A stretch of DNA of 61,628 nucleotides, from assembly GCA_947313825.1 (NCBI GenBank), contig CAMZNJ010000012.1:1-61628 (forward strand), given 5' to 3'. The notes under the pieces are model-generated. The model saw nothing but the letters and a program-made list of their open reading frames with translations. It was not told the origin of the DNA and ran no database searches. This stretch comes from an uncultured Deferribacteraceae bacterium (lineage in GTDB: Bacteria; Chrysiogenota; Deferribacteres; CAMZNJ01). Of the stretch, positions 28,071 to 36,444 are shown in pieces. The first letter of the stretch is position 1, and every line of letters starts with the position of its first letter. The position numbers were made by a program, and so were the translations under genes.

Positions 28071-28123
28071 GTTGCGTTGTCGGTGAGGTGAGGTGTTGCG
28101 TCGTTGGTGAGGTGTTGCGTTGT
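28071..28123. repeat. Short tandem repeat GGTGAGGTGTTGCGT(N) about 2.5 copies downstream of bioA
   Basis: Read directly from the sequence. The reverse complement contains CGCAACACC, the same core as the 15571-15833 array. Confidence 0.6.
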
Positions 28124-28134
28124 CCCCCACTCTC

Positions 28135-29508
28135 CTAACTATGCCCAAAACTTTCAATAGCCTCCACACCTTTGTTTAGTGCATGTTGAATAAGGTCGAA
28201 CTCCCTAGCTTCAATGGTTAATGGTGCCCAAAGGTACACAACATCCCCCAAAGGTCGTACAAACACGCCAGCCTCAACCATTGCATTTGTAAACACCTTT
28301 GCAAGCTCTGCGGCTCGCTCTCCACGTTGAACCGCCTTTGCCATACAGCCACCTTTTTCGGCAATACTCAGCTTCATCATCCCTACCATGCCTATTGTTT
28401 CATGTGCAACTCCCAACCTCTGTGCACAGTGGTGAATAATCCTCCGCAATTCTTTCCCATTCCCTTTCACCGTACTGTAAATATCATCTTTTTTGTAGAT
28501 ATCTAGAACAGCCAATGCAGCTTCACACGCCGATGGGTATCCGCCAAAGGTATGTGAGTGCCAAAAGATTTTATTTTCGAACGAATTGTAGACCCGTTCG
28601 TTAGCGATGGCGACGCTCATGGGTGCGTGTCCTGCTGTTAGAGCCTTTCCTAGCACAAGGATATCGGGCACAACGTTACTGTGATTGCATGCGAATAGTT
28701 CCCCTGTTCTGTAGAAGCCCACGGCGATTTCGTCTGCAATGAGGAGGATGTTGTAGTCATCACACACCTTTCGCAATTTGGTCATGTATTTGGCTGGTGA
28801 TATTTTCACACCACCAGCCCCTTGCACCATGGGTTCGATGATAATTGCTGCTACTTCGCTGTGGTATTTTGTTACAATTTGTTTCATGCTGTGGAAGCAC
28901 TCCACGTTGCATGTTTTCGGTTGCTGTCCGTGTGGGCACTGTAGGCAGTTGGGGGATTCGGCAACATGGGCACGATTTACAACTTCAGCGAGTGGTTCGT
29001 GGAATGATTCGAGGAACCCCACACCAATTGCTCCCATTGTGTCGCCGTGGTATGCATCTTGCAGTGCTATGAACCTATTTTTCCCCTGCACGCCAATATT
29101 TGTCCAATACTGAATAGCCATACGCAGGGCAGCTTCCACAGCACTGGCTCCATCGCTAGCGTAGAAGGAGTGGTTTAGGGATCCGGGTGTGATGTTGGCA
29201 AGTTTTTGTGAGAGCTCGATTACGCTGGGGTGTGCCATCCCCCCTAGTATTACGTGTTGTTTGGTTTTGAGTGAGTTTATCATCCGTTCCACAATTTCAC
29301 TACGGGAGTGCCCGAGAGATACGCACCACCATGACGATATTCCGTCGAGTAGTTTGCGTCCGTCAGTGGTGTGCATGTAAAACCCTTGTGCACGTTCGAT
29401 AATGGGGTAGTTTGTTTGTTTGAATTGGGTCATGTTTGTGTCGGGGTGCCATGTGAGGTTGCTTGCGTGTGTTGGTGTTGGTGCTGGTGTTGGTGTTTCG
29501 TTGTTCAT
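28135..29508 (-). CDS. bioA: Adenosylmethionine-8-amino-7-oxononanoate aminotransferase
   Basis: Class-III aminotransferase. SSWWCVSLGH, DEIAVGFYRTGELFA and the PLP-lysine region LGKALTAG. The start is probably the ATG at 29508 (GGAG 7 nt upstream); the maximal ORF reaches 29574 and would overlap bioD. Confidence 0.9.
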   Translation of the reverse strand: MNNETPTPAPTPTHASNLTWHPDTNMTQFKQTNYPIIERAQGFYMHTTDGRKLLDGISSWWCVSLGHSRSEIVERMINSLKTKQHVILGGMAHPSVIELSQKLANITPGSLNHSFYASDGASAVEAALRMAIQYWTNIGVQGKNRFIALQDAYHGDTMGAIGVGFLESFHEPLAEVVNRAHVAESPNCLQCPHGQQPKTCNVECFHSMKQIVTKYHSEVAAIIIEPMVQGAGGVKISPAKYMTKLRKVCDDYNILLIADEIAVGFYRTGELFACNHSNVVPDILVLGKALTAGHAPMSVAIANERVYNSFENKIFWHSHTFGGYPSACEAALAVLDIYKKDDIYSTVKGNGKELRRIIHHCAQRLGVAHETIGMVGMMKLSIAEKGGCMAKAVQRGERAAELAKVFTNAMVEAGVFVRPLGDVVYLWAPLTIEAREFDLIQHALNKGVEAIESFGHS

Positions 29509-29521
29509 CGCCATACTCCAC

Positions 29522-30403
29522 TCATATGGATTTCGTTGTTGCCCTATTGATGGCTGCGAATAGCTTGTCGCCATGTGTTATTATTGTTGTATTGCCGTGC
29601 ATCTTGGTGCCGTGCACCTTGGTGCCGTGCACCTGTGCAATGCATGGTATTCCCGAAAAGTTTTCGATGGTTTGAATGTTGTCTTGGTGCCGTGCAACAG
29701 TTGCGTGCTGTGCATCTTGGTGCTGTGCAACAGTTGCGTGCTGTGCATCTTGGTGCTGTGCATCTTGGTGCTGTGCATCTTGGTGCCGTGCATCTTGGTG
29801 CCGTGCATCTTGGTGCCGTGCATCTTGGTGCCGTCGTGCATCTTGGTGCTGTGCATCAGTTGCGTGCTGGTGGGGGATATGGTTCGCCACAAACCCCATG
29901 ATACTCACCTCACGTCTAATATTGTGCATTGCACTAAGTGTGGCGATGGTACTGTGTATTGCTCCTAGTTTGTTGTTCATCACCACAATTGCGGGTATCT
30001 CCATGAGTGCAATCAGGTCGATATTGAGTGTGCCTTCGTCCATTGGTGAGCAAGCCCCCCCTGCCCCTTCCACAATCACAATATTGTGTTTGTTTTCGAG
30101 GTATTTGTAGCATTGCACAATGTGCTCCATGGATATGGTTGTTGCGTCCTTTTCCATTCTTTGTGCCAAGTGTGGTGAAACTTCGTGTGCAAAGTTGTAG
30201 GGTATATTTTCGTGCAACGGTGGTGTGTTTTGCCCTATCACTGTTTGGTAGTCGGTTGTGTTTCCGGTTTTGTTTACCCCTGTTTGCACAGGTTTCATGT
30301 ATGCTACAGTTAGCCCTTTCTGAGTGAGGTGGTTGTAGAGAGCCTTTGCGAACACTGTTTTGCCCACATCCGTTCCTGTGCCTGTTATGAATACTCCAGC
30401 CAT
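29522..30403 (-). CDS. bioD: Dethiobiotin synthetase with tandem-repeat insertions near the C-terminus
   Basis: P-loop FITGTGTDVGKTV, then VIVEGAGG and NIQTIENFSGIPCIAQV tail motifs. GAGGTG RBS 6 nt upstream of the ATG at 30403. About 60 extra residues (HQDAR)n and (HGTKV/M)n are inserted. Confidence 0.88.
   Translation of the reverse strand: MAGVFITGTGTDVGKTVFAKALYNHLTQKGLTVAYMKPVQTGVNKTGNTTDYQTVIGQNTPPLHENIPYNFAHEVSPHLAQRMEKDATTISMEHIVQCYKYLENKHNIVIVEGAGGACSPMDEGTLNIDLIALMEIPAIVVMNNKLGAIHSTIATLSAMHNIRREVSIMGFVANHIPHQHATDAQHQDARRHQDARHQDARHQDARHQDAQHQDAQHQDAQHATVAQHQDAQHATVARHQDNIQTIENFSGIPCIAQVHGTKVHGTKMHGNTTIITHGDKLFAAINRATTKSI
29594..29636. repeat. In-frame 15-nt repeat in bioD (array A), coding-strand unit CACGGCACCAAGATG/GTG encoding HGTKM/V
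   Basis: Read directly from the sequence. The translated segment is VHGTKVHGTKMHG. Confidence 0.85.
29682..29868. repeat. In-frame 15-nt repeat in bioD (array B, with 18-nt variants), same unit read as CACCAAGATGCACGG encoding HQDAR/Q
   Basis: About 8 copies of GTGCATCTTGGTGC(C/T) on the + strand plus three 18-nt variants. The translated segment is HQDARRHQDARHQDARHQDARHQDAQHQDAQHQDAQHATVAQHQDAQHATVARHQD. Confidence 0.9.
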
Positions 30404-30413
30404 CCTGTACACC

Positions 30414-31304
30414 TCATTTTTGTGCAATAATAAACAGTACGTTGTAGGATAGTGCCACGGCGGGCACACCGTTTACGTTGGCGTTGTTTGCCCCCAAGAA
30501 CATTTCGTCGTATTTTTGTAGAAACGTTTTGCGGTAGGTTATTTCTGCCAATGATTCTGTCTTTTGTGTTGAGGGTGGTGTTGAGGGTGGTGTTGATCCC
30601 ACGTTTTTCATGGATTTTAGGGCATCCAGCCCTGAGGGGAATAGTGGCGAAAAGCCCTGACGTGTGTGCAGTTTCGGAATAAACCCACACTCTATTACAC
30701 TTTTCATAACATTATCGCTGCGTGGAAATTCTAACATGGGGAGTTGTTCCCCTTCAGGTAGAGTTTTGTTGACTTCGCTAATCTCTTTGAGGGAGCCGTC
30801 AACGGGCAAGGCAACCACGAGTAAGCCTCCATCTTTCAGGAGTTTGTATGCTTTTTCGAAAAAACCGTGAATATCCTGCAACCAGTGTGCTGAAAAGCTA
30901 CTTGTAACAATATCTTGGGTATCTTGCATACTTTTGTCCACCTGATAGTGGTCAAAATCTGCCACAGCAAACTGCCATTGAGGTTTGAATTCGTCAAACT
31001 TTGCGACACATTCAGCCACCATTTCGGAAGCGATATCCAAACCCAAAACACTAGGTTGGGCGTCCTCATCTAGCAAACCTTTTATGGCCAACATATGCAC
31101 AATGGATTGAATGCAAAACCCTGTTCCACACCCTATGTCCACCATGGCAAAGTTGCTGTCTAGGGGGAGGCTATTGCGGACAATGGCGGTGTACATGTAG
31201 CTTGCCAGCACCTCCGAAACATGGTACTGCAAGTGTGCTGACTCATCATACCCTTTTGCATGTTTGTTGAAGCTTTGTGCTATTTTGTGTTTATTTAAGT
31301 CCAT
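30414..31304 (-). CDS. bioC: Malonyl-[ACP] O-methyltransferase
   Basis: KIAQSFNKHAKGYDESAHLQ N-terminus typical of BioC and SAM motif VDIGCGTGF. Positioned between bioH and bioD. Contains an in-frame 12-nt repeat (STPP x2). Confidence 0.82.
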   Translation of the reverse strand: MDLNKHKIAQSFNKHAKGYDESAHLQYHVSEVLASYMYTAIVRNSLPLDSNFAMVDIGCGTGFCIQSIVHMLAIKGLLDEDAQPSVLGLDIASEMVAECVAKFDEFKPQWQFAVADFDHYQVDKSMQDTQDIVTSSFSAHWLQDIHGFFEKAYKLLKDGGLLVVALPVDGSLKEISEVNKTLPEGEQLPMLEFPRSDNVMKSVIECGFIPKLHTRQGFSPLFPSGLDALKSMKNVGSTPPSTPPSTQKTESLAEITYRKTFLQKYDEMFLGANNANVNGVPAVALSYNVLFIIAQK

Positions 31305-32022
31305 AAAAACTCGATACCTCGTTGAATATTAACTCGTGCTGAGGTAGTAGGTTGTGTCCGGCGTTTTCAACGGCACAAACCTTACACCTAGTGGCATCAT
31401 CTTTCGCAATACTTTCAGTATACAGAGCCATTTCGAAGGGTGCAACCCTGTCGCTGTCGCCATGGATAATCAGAATACTCCTCCCCGCAAGCATCCCACG
31501 AGCATCACCAGTGCTCAGGAAGTCCAGTCCGTCGTAGAGGTGGTTGACGCTGAGCCCCATACATGAGCGTATGAAGTCATCCTGCCAGTTAATACCATGG
31601 GAATCATGGGAGTCATCACTAAACCCCAGCTTAGCAAAACCCTTTGCCACAGCTTTCTTGGATATTCTGAGTCCCATCATCATGGTGCCCAACGCAGAAG
31701 CATCAACCCCCACAGCACCATCCTCGTCCCCCTTGATGTACTTCACAAAGCTCGACACCAACACAACATTTTTCACAGGGGTATGCAACGCTAGCAAACC
31801 ACCAAGAGACCAACCCATAAGAATGTCCACATCACTAAACATTTGAGACAAAGCCTCTGTATCGTTTGATTTTATGGCGTGCAAAACATCAACCCACGGG
31901 AAATACTGCACCTCAATATTTTCAACACCACCATCCGCAACAGCAAAGTCGGACAACGCATTCATAAACGGCAATGAAAACTTCTCATCACTACCCCACC
32001 CTGAAATAAAACCTACTCTCAT
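31291..32022 (-). CDS. bioH: Pimeloyl-[ACP] methyl ester esterase (BioH-like alpha/beta hydrolase)
   Basis: 243 aa. Nucleophile elbow GWSLGG identical to E. coli BioH, then HGDSDRVAP and GHNLL (catalytic His region). Sits between bioF and bioC. GAGGTG RBS. Confidence 0.72.
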   Translation of the reverse strand: MRVGFISGWGSDEKFSLPFMNALSDFAVADGGVENIEVQYFPWVDVLHAIKSNDTEALSQMFSDVDILMGWSLGGLLALHTPVKNVVLVSSFVKYIKGDEDGAVGVDASALGTMMMGLRISKKAVAKGFAKLGFSDDSHDSHGINWQDDFIRSCMGLSVNHLYDGLDFLSTGDARGMLAGRSILIIHGDSDRVAPFEMALYTESIAKDDATRCKVCAVENAGHNLLPQHELIFNEVSSFYGLK

Positions 32023-32061
32023 GTATCACCTCTCTGAAAATTTATTACTAAAAATAGTCGG

Positions 32062-33399
32062 CTAACGCGTCGAACCAGAACTCTTCGCAATAGCTTGAAC
32101 AACACTATGGGCAATCTCAGCCAGCTGCCCCTCGTCAAACCCCAAGGTAATGGAAAACCGCAAGCGAGCTCCATGAAGGGGCACAGTTGGATAACGAATA
32201 GCACGAACATGCACGCCAGACTCACCCAACAACCGACTCAAAGCAACAGCACGATCATTATCGTACACCATAATTGGCACAATTTGCGACGAAAATGCCA
32301 GCAACATCGGCTCTGTACCATCCGTCGCAGTACCGCTCTCCTCCTCAACGCGAAGTCCAGCATCCATTAGCATACCGTGAAACATCTTAGCTCGCAACAT
32401 CAATTCCTCACCCATGGTCAATTCTTCACCCATGGTTATGGTTGAAGTGGAAGACACAATCTCTAAAGCACCAATGGACGACGCAACAACAGACGGTGGC
32501 AACGACGTGGAGAAAATAAACGTACGCATGGTGTTCAGCAGGTATTCGCGTACAAGGTGGGAGCACGAGATGAAACCACCGTACGACGCATAAGCCTTGC
32601 TCAAGGTGCCAACAACAATGTAGGGACGCACACCCATCTCCACACACAAACCACCACCAACACCACCAGCACCAGCATCAGCATCAGCACCACCAACACC
32701 AACACCACCAACACCAACACCAGCACCAGCACCACAAATACCCATGGCGTGGGACTCATCAACAATCATCTTAGCACCGTACATGGTTGACAACCGTTGC
32801 AAAGCCACCAGATCTGCCCTATCACCATCCATGCTGAAAATGCTATCGGTAACAATATAAATGTTCTCATACTTCGACGCAACACGACGAAGAGACTCTT
32901 CCAAGACATGATAGTTTTTATGGGGGAAACTTTTCCACTTGCAACCGCTATGCAGTATGCCATCCAGCAGGCTCGCATGGTTGAGTTTGTCGAAAAATAC
33001 GTAATCGGACTTGCCAAGCAAAGCAGTGAGCAAGCCATAGTTCGCAAGGTAACCGCTACCCACAAGGAGCGTACTCGGGAACCCTGTTAACACAGCGAGA
33101 CGCTCCTCCAACTCACCATGCAAAGGGGTCGCACCACCCATAAGACGCGAACCACCGGAACCAACACCATACATCGCCATGGCATTCGAAGCACACTCTT
33201 GTAAATAGGGGTGATGAATAAGGTTGAGGTAATCGTTGCAGGAGAGGTTGTACTTGGTCGCCCCCTCCGCCTCAGGAGCATCCGCCTCAGAAACACTCAC
33301 ACCACCCGTAAAAGGTAGCTCATGAATATTTCGCAAGAGCCCCTTACGCGTCATGGAGTTGATTCGTTCACGTAAGTTTTCATCACTGCTGATCGCCAT
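32062..33399 (-). CDS. bioF: 8-amino-7-oxononanoate synthase with G/A/V/D-rich repeat insertion
   Basis: NDYLNL, GSGGSRLMGG, VDESHAMG and the PLP-lysine motif GTLSKA. GGGGG RBS 6 nt upstream of the ATG at 33399 (MAISSDENL); the maximal ORF extends to 33558. Confidence 0.88.
   Translation of the reverse strand: MAISSDENLRERINSMTRKGLLRNIHELPFTGGVSVSEADAPEAEGATKYNLSCNDYLNLIHHPYLQECASNAMAMYGVGSGGSRLMGGATPLHGELEERLAVLTGFPSTLLVGSGYLANYGLLTALLGKSDYVFFDKLNHASLLDGILHSGCKWKSFPHKNYHVLEESLRRVASKYENIYIVTDSIFSMDGDRADLVALQRLSTMYGAKMIVDESHAMGICGAGAGVGVGGVGVGGADADAGAGGVGGGLCVEMGVRPYIVVGTLSKAYASYGGFISCSHLVREYLLNTMRTFIFSTSLPPSVVASSIGALEIVSSTSTITMGEELTMGEELMLRAKMFHGMLMDAGLRVEEESGTATDGTEPMLLAFSSQIVPIMVYDNDRAVALSRLLGESGVHVRAIRYPTVPLHGARLRFSITLGFDEGQLAEIAHSVVQAIAKSSGSTR
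32651..32733. repeat. In-frame hexamer-based repeat (CACCAA/CACCAG/CATCAG on + strand) inside bioF
   Basis: Encodes GAGAGVGVGGVGVGGADADAGAGGVGG on the minus strand, between DESHAMG and the PLP-lysine motif. Confidence 0.85.
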
Positions 33400-33735
33400 G
33401 GTCAACCCCCTGCTCATCAAAAATATATTGTACCATTTAACCAGATAATAAAGAAGACAAGAAAAAAGGAGTGCCCCAGAAATAACTCCGAAACACTCCT
33501 GATTCAAGGTATGGCAGGCTTCCCACATAACCCCCACAGCTATCCATGGGGAGCCCATCTAGATCGGCATCAGAGGCGTATCACCCCTGTAGCCATTACT
33601 AGCAATTAATATGTCCAGTGTGGTGAGGCGGACACTGTACCCGTACGCACTAGCACAACCATGGCACTAACAAATACGAACAGTCGCCCCCCCTATTCCA
33701 CACCGGAAACGTTAACCATCTGCCCAAAGGCTTGG

Positions 33736-36174
33736 TTAAGATGTTATCAAGCTCAAAGCTGTTTGAGGTAGTGCTTTGGCTTGTGCGAGCATGGCCGTTG
33801 CGGCCTGTTGTAGTACTTGGTTACGCGTAAACAGAGTTGTTTCAGCCGCAATATCCGCATCCATTACTCGCGAATTCGCCGCCGTAAGGTTCTCACGCAT
33901 AATATCCAAGTTGCTCACAGTGTAGGTAATACGACTCATTTGGGCACCGATTGTTGCCCTTGTTGAGTTCACCCGCGTTAGGGCATTGTCAAACAGACTA
34001 ATCGCCTGCTCAGCAACATGTTGATCGTAAACATACGCCCCAGATAGTTGCAACGACTCGATGGTCATCTCAGGGATGGACACACTCATGGTTTGTCCAG
34101 CATTTGCCCCAATATGGAGATCAGTTCTGTTGTCCACAAGGTGGAGGTAGAAGTTATCCTTTGAGCCAGTGCTTGTGTAGTCGATGAGTCCGCTATTTGG
34201 GTTGTAGGAGGCTATCAGTCCAGCAGTTGAGTCCACTTTGAGCATTACACCTTGGATATTTGGGGGGAAGAGGAATCCCGATGTTGTGGAATCTGAGGAT
34301 TGGTGCTTGCCCGTGTGTGCGTCGTAAACATCGATGAACAAACGCGACTCCGCTTCGTTTATCACCGAGCCGAAACTAAACGCATCCACAATATCGCTGT
34401 TGCCTACAACAGATATTCGGGAATTCGCACCCAAACCTGCTGCCTGCATAATAAACGTACCCGGAATCTTAGCAATATCACCAACCTTATTGAGATCGGT
34501 AACAAACTTAACCAAGTTTTTGTTAATCTCATCGGCAGCAGCTTGCGAACCTGCTGTTTCCCTAGTGGCACCAAGTCCCATCTTTTGGAGAAGGTTTGTC
34601 AACAGGTCATCCACCTCAAAGAGGGTATCGTTCCCCTCGAGGAATACCTCCTCTTTGGAGCCATTCCCGCCGTAAAGTGTTAACGTTTGCACAATATCCA
34701 TGATATTGAGCCCATTGGCATTGCGAAAACTTGCCAGCTGATTGAGGGTTGTGCTCTCTGTGGCAACCTCGCCACCGCCGTTAATAAAGTAGGTGGACGT
34801 ACCGGGGATAGTACCAACAGCTGTGGTTATCTCGTTGAAGTACATTTCAGCAGCTGTGTAGCGAACTGTTCCTGTGGAGGGATCCATAATTGCGTAGTGC
34901 AGTTGCACCCGTGCCAAATCATCTTTCCCATCGTTGTTGTCGAACATGCCCAGCTCTTGAGGCAGATACTCAACTTGAGGTGTGGACGCCGTGCCTGCCG
35001 GTGTTCCGTTAATGGCAAACCCTGTTTCACTACCGTTGTTGGCAATGTTAATTACACCACCACCTGTAAGCAGTCTGTCAGCATTAGCTGCAATCTCTGC
35101 CTGAACAGTGTTCAAAAACTTTGTACCAGGCTCAATCAGTGTCGGAACAGTTGTGCTCACACTACTTATGCTAAAGTTAATCCTAAACGACGAAACACCT
35201 GTTATTGTTACCTCAAACGACGACTTACCAACAATACTAGCCGAGGCATCAAGTGTGCCCGATTTAACCTCGCCTGTTTTTGAGTCAGTAAACTTGTAGC
35301 GAATAGTTTCCACTGCCGAAGCACCGCCAGAAGTCTTATTGCCAGACATGGTAACAACCTCGTACTCGAAATAACCACTCCTGTCCACAGAGCCAGTAAC
35401 TGCAGTAACTGTAGCAGAAGTCGCAACATCGATGCTTCGTCCAGCGAGGTACATGGAAACGTTATCCGTACTTGCAGCAACAGCACCAGTAGGGTTGCTA
35501 ACATTGATATCGTAGGTTCCGCCATTGGTGGAAAAATCCTGATCGCGAAGGGTACGAACGTACGCCAACGAGCCGTTTTGTGTTGCTAAGCCAGCGGCAA
35601 ACTGACCCTCAGCAAGTTGCATAATGTGGGATTTATACACAGCCGAAGACCCCGGCTCAGTATTGACGGCAATACGATAGTTGCCCTCCTTTACCTCACC
35701 AGTAATTAACGCCTCAACCCTGCTACTACTACTTGACCACAGAGCTGTTGCATCGCCGTTCAGTAATTTCTTGGTGTTGAATTCCACGGAAACCGTAACA
35801 CGATTCATCTCGTCCTTGAGCTGATCAACCTCTTTCTGAAGCTCTGCCCTATCTGATGTGGTGTAGGTTCCGTTGGCTGCCTGAATAGACAACTCACGCA
35901 TGCGGAGAATCATATCTCCAAGTGCCTGCAAACCGCCCTCTGCTACTTGCAACATGGACAAACCATCTTGTGCGTTCCTGTTGGCAACACTCAAGCCGTT
36001 TATCTGACTCTCCAACCGCTTGGATACCGCCAAGCCAGAAGCGTCATCAAGAGCACTGTTAATACGTAGGCCGGATGATAAACGCTGAATCGACTGATCC
36101 AACATGGACTGCGATCTGGTCAGACTGTTTTGTGCCGTAATGGCAAGGGGGTTACTATAAATACGTAAAGCCAT
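33736..36174 (-). CDS. fliC: Flagellin, giant type (812 aa) with about 540-aa central hypervariable region
   Basis: Canonical flagellin N-terminal D0/D1 (RLSSGLRINSALDDASGLAVSKRL...NAQDGLSMLQVAEGGL) and C-terminal D1/D0 (ATIGAQMSRI...NSRVMDADIAAETTLFTRNQVLQQAATAMLAQAKALPQTALSL). GGAGG RBS. Confidence 0.92.
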   Translation of the reverse strand: MALRIYSNPLAITAQNSLTRSQSMLDQSIQRLSSGLRINSALDDASGLAVSKRLESQINGLSVANRNAQDGLSMLQVAEGGLQALGDMILRMRELSIQAANGTYTTSDRAELQKEVDQLKDEMNRVTVSVEFNTKKLLNGDATALWSSSSSRVEALITGEVKEGNYRIAVNTEPGSSAVYKSHIMQLAEGQFAAGLATQNGSLAYVRTLRDQDFSTNGGTYDINVSNPTGAVAASTDNVSMYLAGRSIDVATSATVTAVTGSVDRSGYFEYEVVTMSGNKTSGGASAVETIRYKFTDSKTGEVKSGTLDASASIVGKSSFEVTITGVSSFRINFSISSVSTTVPTLIEPGTKFLNTVQAEIAANADRLLTGGGVINIANNGSETGFAINGTPAGTASTPQVEYLPQELGMFDNNDGKDDLARVQLHYAIMDPSTGTVRYTAAEMYFNEITTAVGTIPGTSTYFINGGGEVATESTTLNQLASFRNANGLNIMDIVQTLTLYGGNGSKEEVFLEGNDTLFEVDDLLTNLLQKMGLGATRETAGSQAAADEINKNLVKFVTDLNKVGDIAKIPGTFIMQAAGLGANSRISVVGNSDIVDAFSFGSVINEAESRLFIDVYDAHTGKHQSSDSTTSGFLFPPNIQGVMLKVDSTAGLIASYNPNSGLIDYTSTGSKDNFYLHLVDNRTDLHIGANAGQTMSVSIPEMTIESLQLSGAYVYDQHVAEQAISLFDNALTRVNSTRATIGAQMSRITYTVSNLDIMRENLTAANSRVMDADIAAETTLFTRNQVLQQAATAMLAQAKALPQTALSLITS

Positions 36175-36444
36175 ACCCTAAATCCTCCTTGATAGAATTT
36201 AAAGCACACTTTACATGTATGATCGTAATAATAATTTAGCGTCAATATTTCAACTAGTACCCAAAAAACTAGCTTGATAGTAAGTAGAACGGTTAAAATA
36301 CGATTTACTTAAGAGCAAATTGGAATATGACGAAAAATTAACAAGGGAGAAATGCCGCGAAAGGCAATGACTGCAAGACTTTAGACAACTTGCACAAAAA
36401 ACTATATTAACGCAAAAAATGGGTACACAAAGAACAACGAAAAA

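Noticed and set aside
29573-30110. Sense-shifted and antisense ORFs (103-144 aa) over the bioD repeat arrays
   Set aside because: Repeat-derived open frames (LGAVH, ASWC and similar) lying inside a well-supported bioD reading frame.
33736-36174. Enzymatic (flagellinolysin-type) flagellin
   Set aside because: There is no HExxH or other metalloprotease motif anywhere in the 812-aa sequence.
36175-36444. Sigma-28 (TAAA-N15-GCCGATAA) promoter upstream of the flagellin gene
   Set aside because: I could not find a match with correct spacing. The closest -10-like match (TACGATCA) lacks a correctly spaced TAAA. No promoter is called here.
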